The notes under the pieces are model-generated. The model was not told the origin of the DNA, searched no databases, and worked only from the letters and a program-made list of their open reading frames with translations. The translations under genes and the position numbers were made by a program. A stretch of DNA of 63,652 nt, counting the filler, from Octopus bimaculoides (taxonomy: Eukaryota): NCBI RefSeq assembly GCF_001194135.2. It is 7 parts of 7 records of this genome, joined end to end, with 100 filler letters (N's around TTAATTAATTAA, not from the genome) between each part and the next. Parts side by side here need not be neighbours in the genome. Positions count along the whole stretch, not along the records: positions 38,369 to 50,598 come from NC_068990.1; positions 50,699 to 57,457 come from NC_069001.1; 5 more parts are not named here. One strand, written 5' to 3'. Positions 39,989 to 52,703 of the stretch are shown in pieces. Positions within the stretch are counted from its first letter, which is position 1. Every line of letters starts with the position of its first letter.

Positions 39989-40057
39989 GAATGATGTCAA
40001 CGCCTCTGATGAGAACCCAATAAGGTTCGAAAATCGATCAAGGTTGTTCATCATTTT
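39989..40057 (+). ncRNA. Type I minimal hammerhead ribozyme, slightly degenerate
   Basis: Extended stem I AAUGAUG..CAAC..CCU / AGG.UUG..CAUCAUU; CUGAUGA (40006-12); stem II GAACC/GGUUC; GAAA; palindromic stem III AUCGAU; AUC cleavage triplet. Confidence 0.65.
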
Positions 40058-40192
40058 ATTAAACGGCGGTGCATCAGCATGGCCGGAGCTCTGAGCTGAA
40101 ACTACAGAGAAAAAAATTATGTGTGTGCACGTGTGTGTAAGTGGATGTGTGTGTGTAAGTGGATGTGTGTGTGTATGTATATAGGAGAGAGG

Positions 40193-40271
<79 letters not shown>

Positions 40272-40512
40272 CGAGAGAGAGAGAATGAATGAGAGACTTA
40301 ACTCTAGTTTGAGGTCTCTAGTTTGAGGTCTTAATGACGTTTGGCAGGGATAGATATTCAACGGATTAGATCGGAATTATGTTGATAATATTTAGGAAAA
40401 TATTTTAGGGGATCGAATTTTGAATCTTTCCCTTCTTCATCCTGGTCTTTCTTACGACCAATTTCTGTAGCTTTAATATTTTCCACTTTTCTTTCAGATT
40501 TATGTTAGAAAC

Positions 40513-40576
<64 letters not shown>

Positions 40577-40635
40577 CTAGACAGACAGACAGATTTTTTG
40601 TTGCAGTACCAAGCGTAGGTAATGAAAAACAAATA

Positions 40636-40885
40636 TTGGGTTGGAGCATAATTATTGCGGCTTTTTGTTAAGAAATTTTATTCGACAAAAACAATAACAA
40701 CATGTAACAAAAACATCATTAGATGATTATTCTGGAGCATATTCACCATCTACTTCAATTAATGCTTCCCATTTGCTTAGCAGACGGTCAGACCGTCATT
40801 TAAAGATGTTTTTGTTAAATATTGTTATTGTTTTGTTGAATAAAATTTGTTGTAAATAAGCCGCAATAACTATGCACCAGCCCAA
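40636..40885 (-). mobile_element. Mariner-derived MITE
   Basis: TIR of about 28 bp TTGGG(T/C)TGG(A/T)GCATA(A/G)TTATTGCGGCTT; TA TSDs; C-terminal remnant DRLLSKWEALIEVDGEYAPE*. Confidence 0.88.
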
Positions 40886-41989
40886 TATTTCTTCTGAAGT
40901 ACCTCAGGAACATTCTGGATGTCTTATATATACGGAGAAACAAGGTTTGACCTGTTTTAACATTTTAAGCATACTCTTACGTTTATGTCTGATTCAACAT
41001 GGGTGTCCGCCCATAAGACAAATATGAATAATAATAAAAAAACAAAAAAAAAATGAAATAATACTTCAGAACAGAAAACAAACTCAAGTAGAAAAAAAAG
41101 TTAATTACTCAACGGGACATAAATATACGAAAGGAGGAAATGTTAATGACTTTCTAATGGGAAACAGTGGTAATAATTCAAAAATTCCAAGGAAAACAAC
41201 GACAATAATCCAAATATATACAAACAAGTTTTGCCATAGAAGGAAAACAGTGAAAATAACATTTTTTGATCTTTTACAAACACAGCCAGGATTAGATGTT
41301 AACAGAGAGAAAAAAGCTGCTTTGTAGGATTTTGTGACGAAAAAGTCTACGTCTTTGCCAAAGCTTTTCAAAGCTTCTTAAAGATTTTGTCAAACTTTTT
41401 CAAGACCCAGAGGAAAGGGACACATTTGTCTGCGTCGTCAGATGCAGGATACTTTTCCTTATTCACTTCTGACTTGAAGAGGAATTCGACGATGCATGAA
41501 GTACTATATCCTCTCTTGCTCTGGGCAAGCCTTATGGGATCATATGCCTACATTTTTCTTTAGCTGAGCAATACAACATGCAGCTGCCAGTGAGAGGCAA
41601 GTTAATAGCTACATATTTACCACTAAGTGCCATGAACGTTCATTATATCCAGAAGACTTTGGTATACCGAGATAAAGAAAACTACTGAAGACGGCGCAAC
41701 AATAAGAAGACTCAGAAACTGGTGTTTCCAGAAAATTACTTGTTTCAAATTTAAGGATGGCCAAAAACATCTCGTCATGAACTTTGAGTGCCAAGAGACG
41801 AAGGATACTTTCTCCCAATAGTACAGCTTTATTGTCTTGAAATGATGAGGATGAGCTGAACAATGTGCATGGGAAGAGCAAACTGCCAAGGTGTTTTAGG
41901 AGATGAAAGTTATCTCGCACTGTCAAAAAAAAAGGACTTAATGGAAAGAGGAAAAACTTCTAAAAAGAAACCCTCGGTCCCCTTTTCTT

Positions 41990-42190
41990 ACTACAACATA
42001 TTTTCCGCGGCGTTATATATAGCATTTCGTCCGTCTTTACGTTCTAAGTTCAAAATCCTTTCATCTTTTTGGGGTCGATAAAATAAGTACCAGTTCAATA
42101 GTGGGATCGATGTAATCGACTTAACCCTTCCCCTGATCTTGCTCGCCTCGTGCCAAAATTTGAAATCATCTTTTATCATTATTATTGTTA

Positions 42191-42269
<79 letters not shown>

Positions 42270-42480
42270 GGTGGGGAGCTGGCAGAATTCCCAGCAGCCT
42301 GGACAAACGTTTAGCGATATTTCGTCCGTCTTCACGTTCTGAGTTCAAATTCCGCCGCGGTCGACTTTGCCTTTCATCCATTCGGGTTCGATAAATTGAA
42401 TACTAGTGAAACAATGGGGTCGATGTAATCGACTCGTCCCCTCCCTCAAACTTTCAGGCTTTGTGCCTATTATAGAAAGG
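41990..42480 (+). mobile_element. Two SINE family A copies separated by (ATT)n (42175-42267)
   Basis: Same head, core and tail as the other copies. Confidence 0.85.
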
Positions 42481-42933
42481 ATTATTTTATTTATTTATTT
42501 ATTTATTTACAAGATGCAGATTGCACTGTAAGTCCCCAGTCATTTAATAGAAAATAAATATAATCATCTAGCTCGTAGGTAAGTAAACGCTTCCCTCACC
42601 ACCGTTAGTTTTTCCATTTATTTACTCTCCGCATACTACACAACTGTCATATTATACATCAGCCATTATAAATGCCTGTTGCTACACCATCGGCCACTCG
42701 ACATTTCTACACCTATCATGCTGCCTAGCTTTCAACGAGGATTTTTTTCTCTCAAGTCTAATTTATTTTTTCTTTCCATGGATTATTTTCTTTTCTCCTC
42801 GTGGTAGCAATGAAAAATATTGAGTTATTCATTAGGGATGACGCTTTTAGCAAGAAAATTTTATAATTGGGATATTCCTCAAGGACAAGCCTGGTTATGA
42901 TTAAACATACATTCTTCATTACTTGTCTAACAG

Positions 42934-43033
42934 ATACTACAGCCGTATTAAAGGGATATTGTCTCGTCTACAAAAATGGTCGCTTTTAAATAAACTGACC
43001 TGCATAAGGAAGAGGTGGGGCTCAATCGGTTAG
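42934..43033 (+). other. Candidate exon of an unidentified plus-strand transcript
   Basis: Acceptor TTCTTCATTACTTGTCTAACAG|, donor TTAG|GTGAGT; one frame open to the final TAG (YYSRIKGILSRLQKWSLLNKLTCIRKRWGSIG*). No homology recognised. Confidence 0.2.
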
Positions 43034-43100
43034 GTGAGTTGTTTCAGTGTCAGCAACAAGGGGAAGGTATCATTTTATATTATACAAACACACACACAAT

Positions 43101-43131
<31 letters not shown>

Positions 43132-43355
43132 TCACACACACATATATATACATATATACAAATATATATCTATATATGCATATATATATTATTGTATTTA
43201 CGTATGTATGTATGTATATATATATATAAGTATGTATGTATATATATAGGTATGTATGCATGTGTATACACATATATATATATATATGTGTGTGTATGTG
43301 TGTGTGTGTATATGTATGTTTGTATGTATATATGTATATATATAGAAAGAGAGAC

Positions 43356-43420
<65 letters not shown>

Positions 43421-44859
43421 NNNNNNNNNNNNNNNNNNNNNNNNNNNNNNNNNNNNNNNNNNNNNNNNNNNNNNNNNNNNNNNNNNNNNNNNNNNNNNNN
43501 NNNNNNNNNNNNNNNNNNNNNNNNNNNNNNNNNNNNNNNNNNNNNNNNNNNNNNNNNNNNNNNNNNNNNNNNNNNNNNNNNNNNNNNNNNNNNNNNNNNN
43601 NNNNNNNNNNNNNNNNNNNNNNNNNNNNNNNNNNNNNNNNNNNNNNNNNNNNNNNNNNNNNNNNNNNNNNNNNNNNNNNNNNNNNNNNNNNNNNNNNNNN
43701 NNNNNNNNNNNNNNNNNNNNNNNNNNNNNNNNNNNNNNNNNNNNNNNNNNNNNNNNNNNNNNNNNNNNNNNNNNNNNNNNNNNNNNNNNNNNNNNNNNNN
43801 NNNNNNNNNNNNNNNNNNNNNNNNNNNNNNNNNNNNNNNNNNNNNNNNNNNNNNNNNNNNNNNNNNNNNNNNNNNNNNNNNNNNNNNNNNNNNNNNNNNN
43901 NNNNNNNNNNNNNNNNNNNNNNNNNNNNNNNNNNNNNNNNNNNNNNNNNNNNNNNNNNNNNNNNNNNNNNNNNNNNNNNNNNNNNNNNNNNNNNNNNNNN
44001 NNNNNNNNNNNNNNNNNNNNNNNNNNNNNNNNNNNNNNNNNNNNNNNNNNNNNNNNNNNNNNNNNNNNNNNNNNNNNNNNNNNNNNNNNNNNNNNNNNNN
44101 NNNNNNNNNNNNNNNNNNNNNNNNNNNNNNNNNNNNNNNNNNNNNNNNNNNNNNNNNNNNNNNNNNNNNNNNNNNNNNNNNNNNNNNNNNNNNNNNNNNN
44201 NNNNNNNNNNNNNNNNNNNNNNNNNNNNNNNNNNNNNNNNNNNNNNNNNNNNNNNNNTATATCTATATATGCATATATATATTATTGTATTTACGTATGT
44301 ATGTATGTATATATGTGTATATATGTATATATTTATATAGATGTGTGTGGGTATGTATACATATGTATGTCTGAATATTCAAAGTCATCGTTATTTAAAT
44401 TGTAAAGACATCGTAAAATTTTTTTTTTAATTTATAAAGAACTCATACATTTTGTACATCTGTTTGTATTTGTTTTTGTATTATCTGTGTAATTAGATCC
44501 ATAGTGATCATAATTAAAATTTTACAAACTTGCTTAATTTATGACGTAATAATGTAAATTTTGCAGCTGAATTCACTCTTTTATTCTGATCTTGGATATA
44601 TATGTATATATGTGTGCGTGTGTATGTGTGTGCGCGGGTAAGTGTGCGCATATGTGTTGGTGTGAGTGTGTGTGTATGTATGTGTGCGTGTGCGAGTGTA
44701 CATATACACATGCATAAATATATGCATGAATATATATGTAAACACACACACACACATACACATACACGCATACACACACACACGTGTGTTATACTAAATG
44801 TAATGGAAATGTAGACGAAATTTTGTTTTTAACTGAAAGGGGACCTTCAAATTGCAGAT

Positions 44860-45420
44860 ATAGGTTGAGAAATGCTATTTCTATACAAGCTGCTACTCAT
44901 CATTGGTGTCCATCATAACCGACGCACTTGTGACATCATTGAAGGCAAGGCATAAACCCCTTTTCAAAATATTCAAATGTGCAGTGTTATATAATGTCTT
45001 CAAATCCACATTCACCTCATTGTGTCATCAAAGTAGATCAGAATACATTCTCTCATTTCTGCATCCAAATCAGGTGTCAATTGTCGAAGTACCTCCTTTG
45101 CACACATTCTATGATGCTCAAATACTTCCACCACCTTTTGTAATGCATTGCGACTACGATCCAGTTGTATAGCAAGCTGATGGTCTGTGAATCGTCTGTC
45201 CACGCAAATACATTTATCCACTCGATAGTGATTTGTGCCTGTGGCTGCATTTGATGTTCTCACACTGCGTGATTATTATGCGATGTCGGTTTCTTATTTA
45301 AAGACATCTTCCATCCATCTCTGCATATTGCTCTTGTAATTGGTGTCATCCCTGCAAACAACTAAATGTCAGATAATTTGCACCCCATCTTCGTCAAGAA
45401 ATCACTGACATAACGTTTCT
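44860..45420 (-). pseudogene. Old mariner transposase remnant
   Basis: RVDKCICVDRRFTDHQLAIQLD...HRMCAKEVLRQLTPD (degenerate KVCARWVPRQLT). Confidence 0.7.
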
Positions 45421-46133
45421 TCGAATTGGAGCCTATGATCTGACTACAATGAAGAACAAGAACAGAAATCACCAGAGAGGAAGGGATACTCTGCTAACAT
45501 ATGCAGATCGATTCATATATGACATTTAACTACAAAGTTAGACCCACTTTTCCAATACTTGCAGTGCAACCCTTGTTTTGTTTATATCTGCGTATATGTA
45601 ACTGTGTGTGCGTGCGTATATATATATGTGTGTGTACGCGCACACGCGTGTGTGTCTGTATGTATAGCTAAAGTTACCCTGACAAATCGAACGAAAATAT
45701 CTCGGTATCGGAGAGGAATTGGAAGAAAGAACTAAACTATGCTTAGTCAAGTTGTTGACAATTTCACCATAAGACTTTTGGGAATTTCTTGCAAGCAGGT
45801 ATCAGTTTTGGCATTTCTAGCTAATTTGTTTCGCCAAAAATTAAAACCAATCTACTGTAAACTGTAACACGTTCTTCTGGTAATCTCCGGATGTGATGTC
45901 CAACTTTTCTCGACAGGTTCGTTGTTATTCTTAGGTTCGATCTCGTATTGTAATTCAGAAAGATGTGCACAGTAATATACACACTCAGCTATACACGCTA
46001 TATATTCTTGCGATCACGCGCGCACCACTGTGTATGTTGCTGACGTCATAAAAATATTTATAACTTTTCGAAAGAATTTGAAATAATCCTTTTTGGGAAC
46101 AGGAGACCAAAGTACATACAACACTATAAATAA

Positions 46134-46267
46134 TAGTATGCAAATATTGGGTTCAAAAAGTCTTCGTGGATAAAAATATCTACAGGAGATTCACAGTCGT
46201 GTCCCACGAGCCACCTTCAAGTTTTTCTATCCAAACGAGATTTTTCGAACCCAATATTTCCATACTA
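46134..46267. mobile_element. MITE with TIRs of about 40 bp
   Basis: TAGTATG(C/G)AAATATTGGGTTC(A/G)AAAA at both ends, in inverted orientation. Confidence 0.75.
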
Positions 46268-46349
46268 GTATTCGTAACATTATATGTGTGTCGAGATCCA
46301 TTTCCTACATGTATATGTATATATTTTATTGAATAAATTTACTCTTTAG

Positions 46350-46560
46350 TAAGGCGGTGAGCTGGCAGAATCTTTAGCAAGCCGGGCGAAATGCTTAGCG
46401 GTATTTCGTCTGTCTTTATGTTCTAAGTTCAATTTCCGCCCAGGTGGGCTTTGTCTTTCACCCTTTCGGGGTCGATAAATCAAGAACCAGTCGCATCCTG
46501 GGTTCGATCTAATAATCCTACTCCCCCAAAATTTCGCGCCTTGTGCCTAGAGCAGAAAAG
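46350..46560 (+). mobile_element. Full-length SINE family A
   Basis: AAGGCGGTGAGCTGGCAGAATC...GGGGTCGATAAAT...GCCTTGTGCCTAGAGCAGAAAAG. Confidence 0.85.
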
Positions 46561-46661
46561 AAATTTACGCTTTAGTATTTCAAGATATTTTTTTTAATAA
46601 TTTTGGTAAATATATATGTTAAAATAACTACTAGACCATGCGTCCTCACATACACAAACAC

Positions 46662-46714
<53 letters not shown>

Positions 46715-46803
46715 GAACATATACGTATGTATACATGGAAGTGTTTTCATACAGATGTATATATATATGTTCGTGTGCTTGCATGAGTATACATGTGTAT
46801 GTG

Positions 46804-46844
<41 letters not shown>

Positions 46845-47410
46845 GATCGTGAGTGTGTGCATGAGTGTATGTGTTTGTCTGTGAGAGAGTGTCTGTGTGT
46901 ATTTGTATACATGCGAGATCCTGCCTGTGTGAGTGTAGGTCTGTTCATTTTTACGCGTCTAGTAAAAACAAAATGAAACAAAAACAAAAACATTTAGTAT
47001 AGACAATACAGAATCCAACCTGAACAGTAAAAAAAAAAAACAACTTCTAGAAGCGTTCTTAAAACCTAACAAGTTGCTTAGAATAGGAACCTATTAATAT
47101 TTAAACGACACTGATTTCGAGTTTGAACGGAGAAACAAGTTAACTGTAAATGTCATTCTGACACTTCGTATGAATTCCCTAATGTCTCGTGTGGAATTTG
47201 TCAGCAACATAATTACAAAGAGTTCATTTCTTTCTACCAATCCGTCTCCTACATAGACAGATATCCGCCTTCGATTTAATGGCTTTCGAATCAATATACG
47301 TACATACATACGTTCGTAGTACGTACACACGTACATACATATATACATACATATATACAGTCATACACATATACTCGCGTGTGTGTGTATATATGCAAAT
47401 ATATTATATA

Positions 47411-47473
<63 letters not shown>

Positions 47474-47513
47474 TAATAGTTATGTAATATATATATAAAT
47501 ATAGATGTTTATG

Positions 47514-47558
<45 letters not shown>

Positions 47559-48169
47559 GTTGATAAGTAACAGTCTAGGGAAGACGTCAATATCATCTAC
47601 GCATGATTGATTGCATTAGTTTATTTATACCATTACCCAGGAGATGTACTCGACGAGATCAATCTGGCGAAAGGACAGATTTGAGCACTCCTTTTGCAGA
47701 CGTAGCGCGGTAGAAGACCATATAAAATAGTACGCACGTAAAAGGCAATATGAACAACGTTAACGGCAAAACAAAGGGTAACGGTTAAGAAAAGAGAGGA
47801 ATGGAATTTTTCCAATAAATATTCATAAACACAGATATAAATGCAGTGTATTTACACGTTTATATATACGCATTAAGTAACATGCTTGTACAAACAGACA
47901 CGCACGCTCACAAATATATGGCAGCAATTTTCACCACTGTCTATTAAAGCCTTCGGAACCTTCAAGAATGATGCATGTGTTATCAAACGAAGATGACCGA
48001 ATAAAACCTCGGGACAGTACAAAAATAAAATAAAAATAGAATAAACCATAACTCAGTCTAATGGAACGCCAAAATTAAGGAGCAGTGATGGTAAAAAAAA
48101 AATAGGATATGCATGGTTATCCTAATAACAATATGAATAATAACAATTGTCATAAAAATAGTAGCCCAT

Positions 48170-48345
48170 TCTATTCTATAAATAAAACCTTTTTTATTTT
48201 CTATAAAAATAACCCTTTTTTTCTATAAAAATAACCCTTTTTTCTATAAAAATAATATTACTTTTTTCCTATGCAAATGATAACACTTTTGTTCTATAAA
48301 AATAATAACCCTTTCTTTCTACAAAAATAATCATACTTTTTTTTT
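48170..48345. repeat. Imperfect minisatellite of about 21 nt (TTTTTTCTATAAAAATAACCC)
   Basis: About six degenerate units. Confidence 0.8.
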
Positions 48346-49310
48346 TCCTATGGTCTGAAATTTTGGGAAGGAGACTAATCTATTACATCGATCCCAGTGC
48401 ATAACTTGCATTTGTTTCATCGACCGTGAAGGAGTGAGAGGCAAAGTCGACCTCGGTGAAATTTGAAATCAGAAAGTAAAGACAGACGAAACACCGCTTA
48501 GCATTTCGTCTGGCGTGCTTACGTTTCCACCAGCTCGCCAGCTAAATAAAACCTTTCTCTTTAAGGGTCTAGACCAAACATTTTAAGGAGGAGGCAAGTC
48601 GATTACATCGACCCCGGTGTTCGAAAGGTGCCTATTTTATCAACTCCAGAAGGCTGAAAGGCAAAGTTTGAACACGGCAGAATTTGAACTCAGCATGTTA
48701 AGACTATCGAAATGCCACCAAACATTTTGACCGACACGCTAACCATTCTGCCAGCTCATCATCGTAAAAAGCGACTTCCAAATCTTGGCACAGGGCCAGC
48801 AATTTAGGGGGATGACGTAAGTCGATTATGCCAGACTCAGTGCTCGACTGGTACTTATTTTATCTACACCGAACGTTTTAAGGGTAAATTCGTCCTCAGC
48901 GGAATTTGATCCCAGATTGTGAGGACTGCCGAAACGCTGCGATGCATTTTGCCCGGCAAGCTAAGAATTCTGCCAGCTTAACGCCCATATAATAAGCCCT
49001 TCCATTATAGGCACAAGGGCTGAAATGGTTGAAGAGGGTCGATGAGCGCAATGCATTTTATCGGACGCTCCAACGATCCTGCCAGGTCGCTGCCTTTGTA
49101 TTATGATTATAATTCTTCCTAATTGTCATACAAGACCATTAATTTTGAAAGAACCATTATCTGTTACATAGCCCACAGTAGTCACTAGAATTTATTCTAC
49201 TCAGTCCGTAGAGATAAAAGGCAACATCGCCATCGGTGGAATTCGAACTTAGAACGTAATGAACCGGAATAAATCGAGCAACACATTTTGTCCGACGCGA
49301 TAACAGTAAA
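48345..49310 (-). mobile_element. Array of five head-to-tail SINE family A copies
   Basis: Units start at about 48345, 48560, 48775, 49000 (internally deleted) and 49120. Confidence 0.8.
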
Positions 49311-50014
49311 AGATATATGTGAAATGATAACGATTAATTCAAATTTTGGTACACAGAGCCACTCCTGCGCCATATAGATAGAGAGAGAGAGAGGGGGGAG
49401 AGAGAGATGACAATACGCACACGTTAATTATTTATAAGCGTTGCCAATGGATTAGGTTATCCTTTGCTGAGAAGATCGAAGAAGATCGAAACACATTTAT
49501 GGCTGCCATCTGTAGAATTGAAAAAGACGACTGCAGACATTAGAATTGTGTCTATTTTTCCGAAAAGTGACATATTTAAAGAACCCTGGATTCATATCAA
49601 CTTATGAAATAAAAAGAAATGCTATTTTATTCAAATTTCCATATTTCAGAAGACGCGAGTTACATGAAAGCCTATATATGCATACGATCTAAGAAAAATA
49701 CAATCATTTCAGTTGAAATACTTTGATGATATAAGACTGAAAAACATCTTATTCCTATTCGCCGTACATCGGTGTGCACAGTATTCTGCATATATACGTT
49801 CGCTATGGCGTTTGCCATAAAATCTCACATTTGTACAAGCATATACATATGCAGTATTTGACATCAAAAGTGTTCCCTCATTTCAGTAACGTATATTTAG
49901 GAGACACCTTTTTGGAGCATTAAAACTTATGGAAGATCCAACTTCGTCCCAGAGTTGTGTTTGTGAGACACAATTTAGGAAAAAGTGTGTCTCAGATACA
50001 ACCATATATGGAAA

Positions 50015-50598
<584 letters not shown>

Positions 50599-50698
50599 NN
50601 NNNNNNNNNNNNNNNNNNNNNNNNNNNNNNNNNNNNNNNNNNTTAATTAATTAANNNNNNNNNNNNNNNNNNNNNNNNNNNNNNNNNNNNNNNNNNNN

Positions 50699-50730
<32 letters not shown>

Positions 50731-51114
50731 CTGTATGTGTATATAAAGAAATCGATGAGTGTTTGGCCAAAGATGAAAGTATCCATGGCCACCAGACAAG
50801 AGTAAAACTGCCTGCCCTTCCCGGATGGGGGAAGGCGGCGGGCTGATCCTCACGATGGACTCGACCGATAGCCGGATCTACCTCACATGCGACACCAGCT
50901 GTTCGACAAAGACCTGAGAGTCAGCAATGCTCAGACACTGGATTGGTGCATGCAGAACGGTGACATCGCTCTGTGCATATCTCGAACAGGCCTATTTGAC
51001 AGCACACATAGAGCTTATCTCGGACTGGCTGTCCCTCACTTCCAGCAGCACTGCTTGTTCAGGAATATTTGAAAATTACCCTTAGGTCACCGCAACCACC
51101 ACCACACCGCTCTC

Positions 51115-51395
51115 ATTATCATCATTATCATCATTATCATCATCGTCATCATCGTCATCATCACCATCGCCTTTTACCACTCATCATTTCATTCTTGTAA
51201 GTTTCCTTCTATATTTTAAAAACCTTACAATATCCATTTCCAATAACGTCACCAATAATGTCTTCCGTCTCCGCCACGCCTCTTCTTTTTCGCCTTCCAA
51301 TTCTTCTTCTTCTTCTTCTTCTTCTTCTTCTTCTTCTTCTTCTTCTTCTTCTTCTTCTTCTTCTTCTTCTTCTTCTTCTTCTTCTTCTTCTTCTC
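51115..51395. repeat. (ATC)n and (TTC)n microsatellites
   Basis: Direct reading; source of the poly-L/poly-R ORFs. Confidence 0.95.
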
Positions 51396-51523
51396 ACCAT
51401 TATATTACACCATTATCAGTTATTTCGTTTTTCTCTCTCTCTCTTCTCTATTTTAAAAAATTCTTTTATTTATTTATTTACATATCTATATACATATATT
51501 TTTATTTTCTTTTGTCCCTACAG

Positions 51524-51598
51524 GATACGAACAATTATCGTCTGGAGTATCCAGCCTGGATTGTCTATCATTGATAGTAGAAAGTATAAGTCCCACAG
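51524..51598 (+). other. Candidate 75-nt symmetric exon
   Basis: Acceptor TTTTCTTTTGTCCCTACAG|, donor CAG|GTACGA; two open frames. No homology recognised. Confidence 0.2.
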
Positions 51599-52509
51599 GT
51601 ACGACGTCAATGTTAAACAGCATCAATGTTGCTGGCCAGACGACACATCCGCCATGTTGAATATCTCCTTTCGCTCTTTGCTAAAACTGCACATTTAAAC
51701 GAAAACAAAAGATGAATGACGAAGATGTTATGAAAAACAAATAAATCAATAAACAATATCAATAATAACGATAATAATGAAGATAATAATATTAATAACT
51801 ACAATTGTATTATTAATAATAACGGGAATGATTATAACAATACTAATAACATGAGCAAGACTAAAGAAAATTGAGAAACTCTGATATTGTGTAAAAGCAG
51901 ATGTCACTTGTTTGCCGCATAAAAAGGAAGATGTGTATGTGTGTGCGTATGTGCGTGCGTACGTGTGTATGCATGTTATGTATACACACACACATATATA
52001 TACACATATATAACACACACGCACGCGCACACTCAGACACATACACACACTCATACACACACCTATATACACGCATATATATATATATATATANNNNNNN
52101 NNNNNNNNNNNNNNNNNNNNNNNNNNNNNNNNNNNNNNNNNNNNNNNNNNNNNNNNNNNNNNNNNNNNNNNNNNNNNNNNNNNNNNNNNNNNNNNNNNNN
52201 NNNNNNNNNNNNNNNNNNNNNNNNNNNNNNNNNNNNNNNNNNNNNNNNNNNNNNNNNNNNNNNNNNNNNNNNNNNNNNNNNNNNNNNNNNNNNNNNNNNN
52301 NNNNNNNNNNNNNNNNNNNNNNNNNNNNNNNNNNNNNNNNNNNNNNNNNNNNNNNNNNNNNNNNNNNNNNNNNNNNNNNNNNNNNNNNNNNNNNNNNNNN
52401 NNNNNNNNNNNNNNNNNNNNNNNNNNNNNNNNNNNNNNNNNNNNNNNNNNNNNNNNTCGTATTCTTGAAAATAATTGTGGCTATAGTAATTATTATTTAT
52501 TTCGCTGAT

Positions 52510-52620
52510 CAAGGCAGCGAGCTAGAAGAATTGTTTGCACGCCGGCCACAATACTTAGCCGCCGTTTCTACGTTCTGAGTTCAAACTCCCCATCAATTAT
52601 TGACCAGGGGGTCAAGTGCT
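52510..52620 (+). mobile_element. SINE family A fragment
   Basis: AAGGCAGCGAGCTAGAAGAA...GTTCTGAGTTCAAACTCC. Confidence 0.7.
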
Positions 52621-52632
52621 ATTTCGTGCCGT

Positions 52633-52703
<71 letters not shown>

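Noticed and set aside
48170-49310. CRISPR-like repeat array
   Set aside because: The units are degenerate minisatellites or SINE copies of about 200 bp, with no constant repeat/unique spacer pattern and no cas genes; the context is eukaryotic.
50745-50850. KEIDECLAKDE resembling the G-alpha12/13 N-terminus
   Set aside because: The expected LLLGAGESGKS P-loop does not follow.
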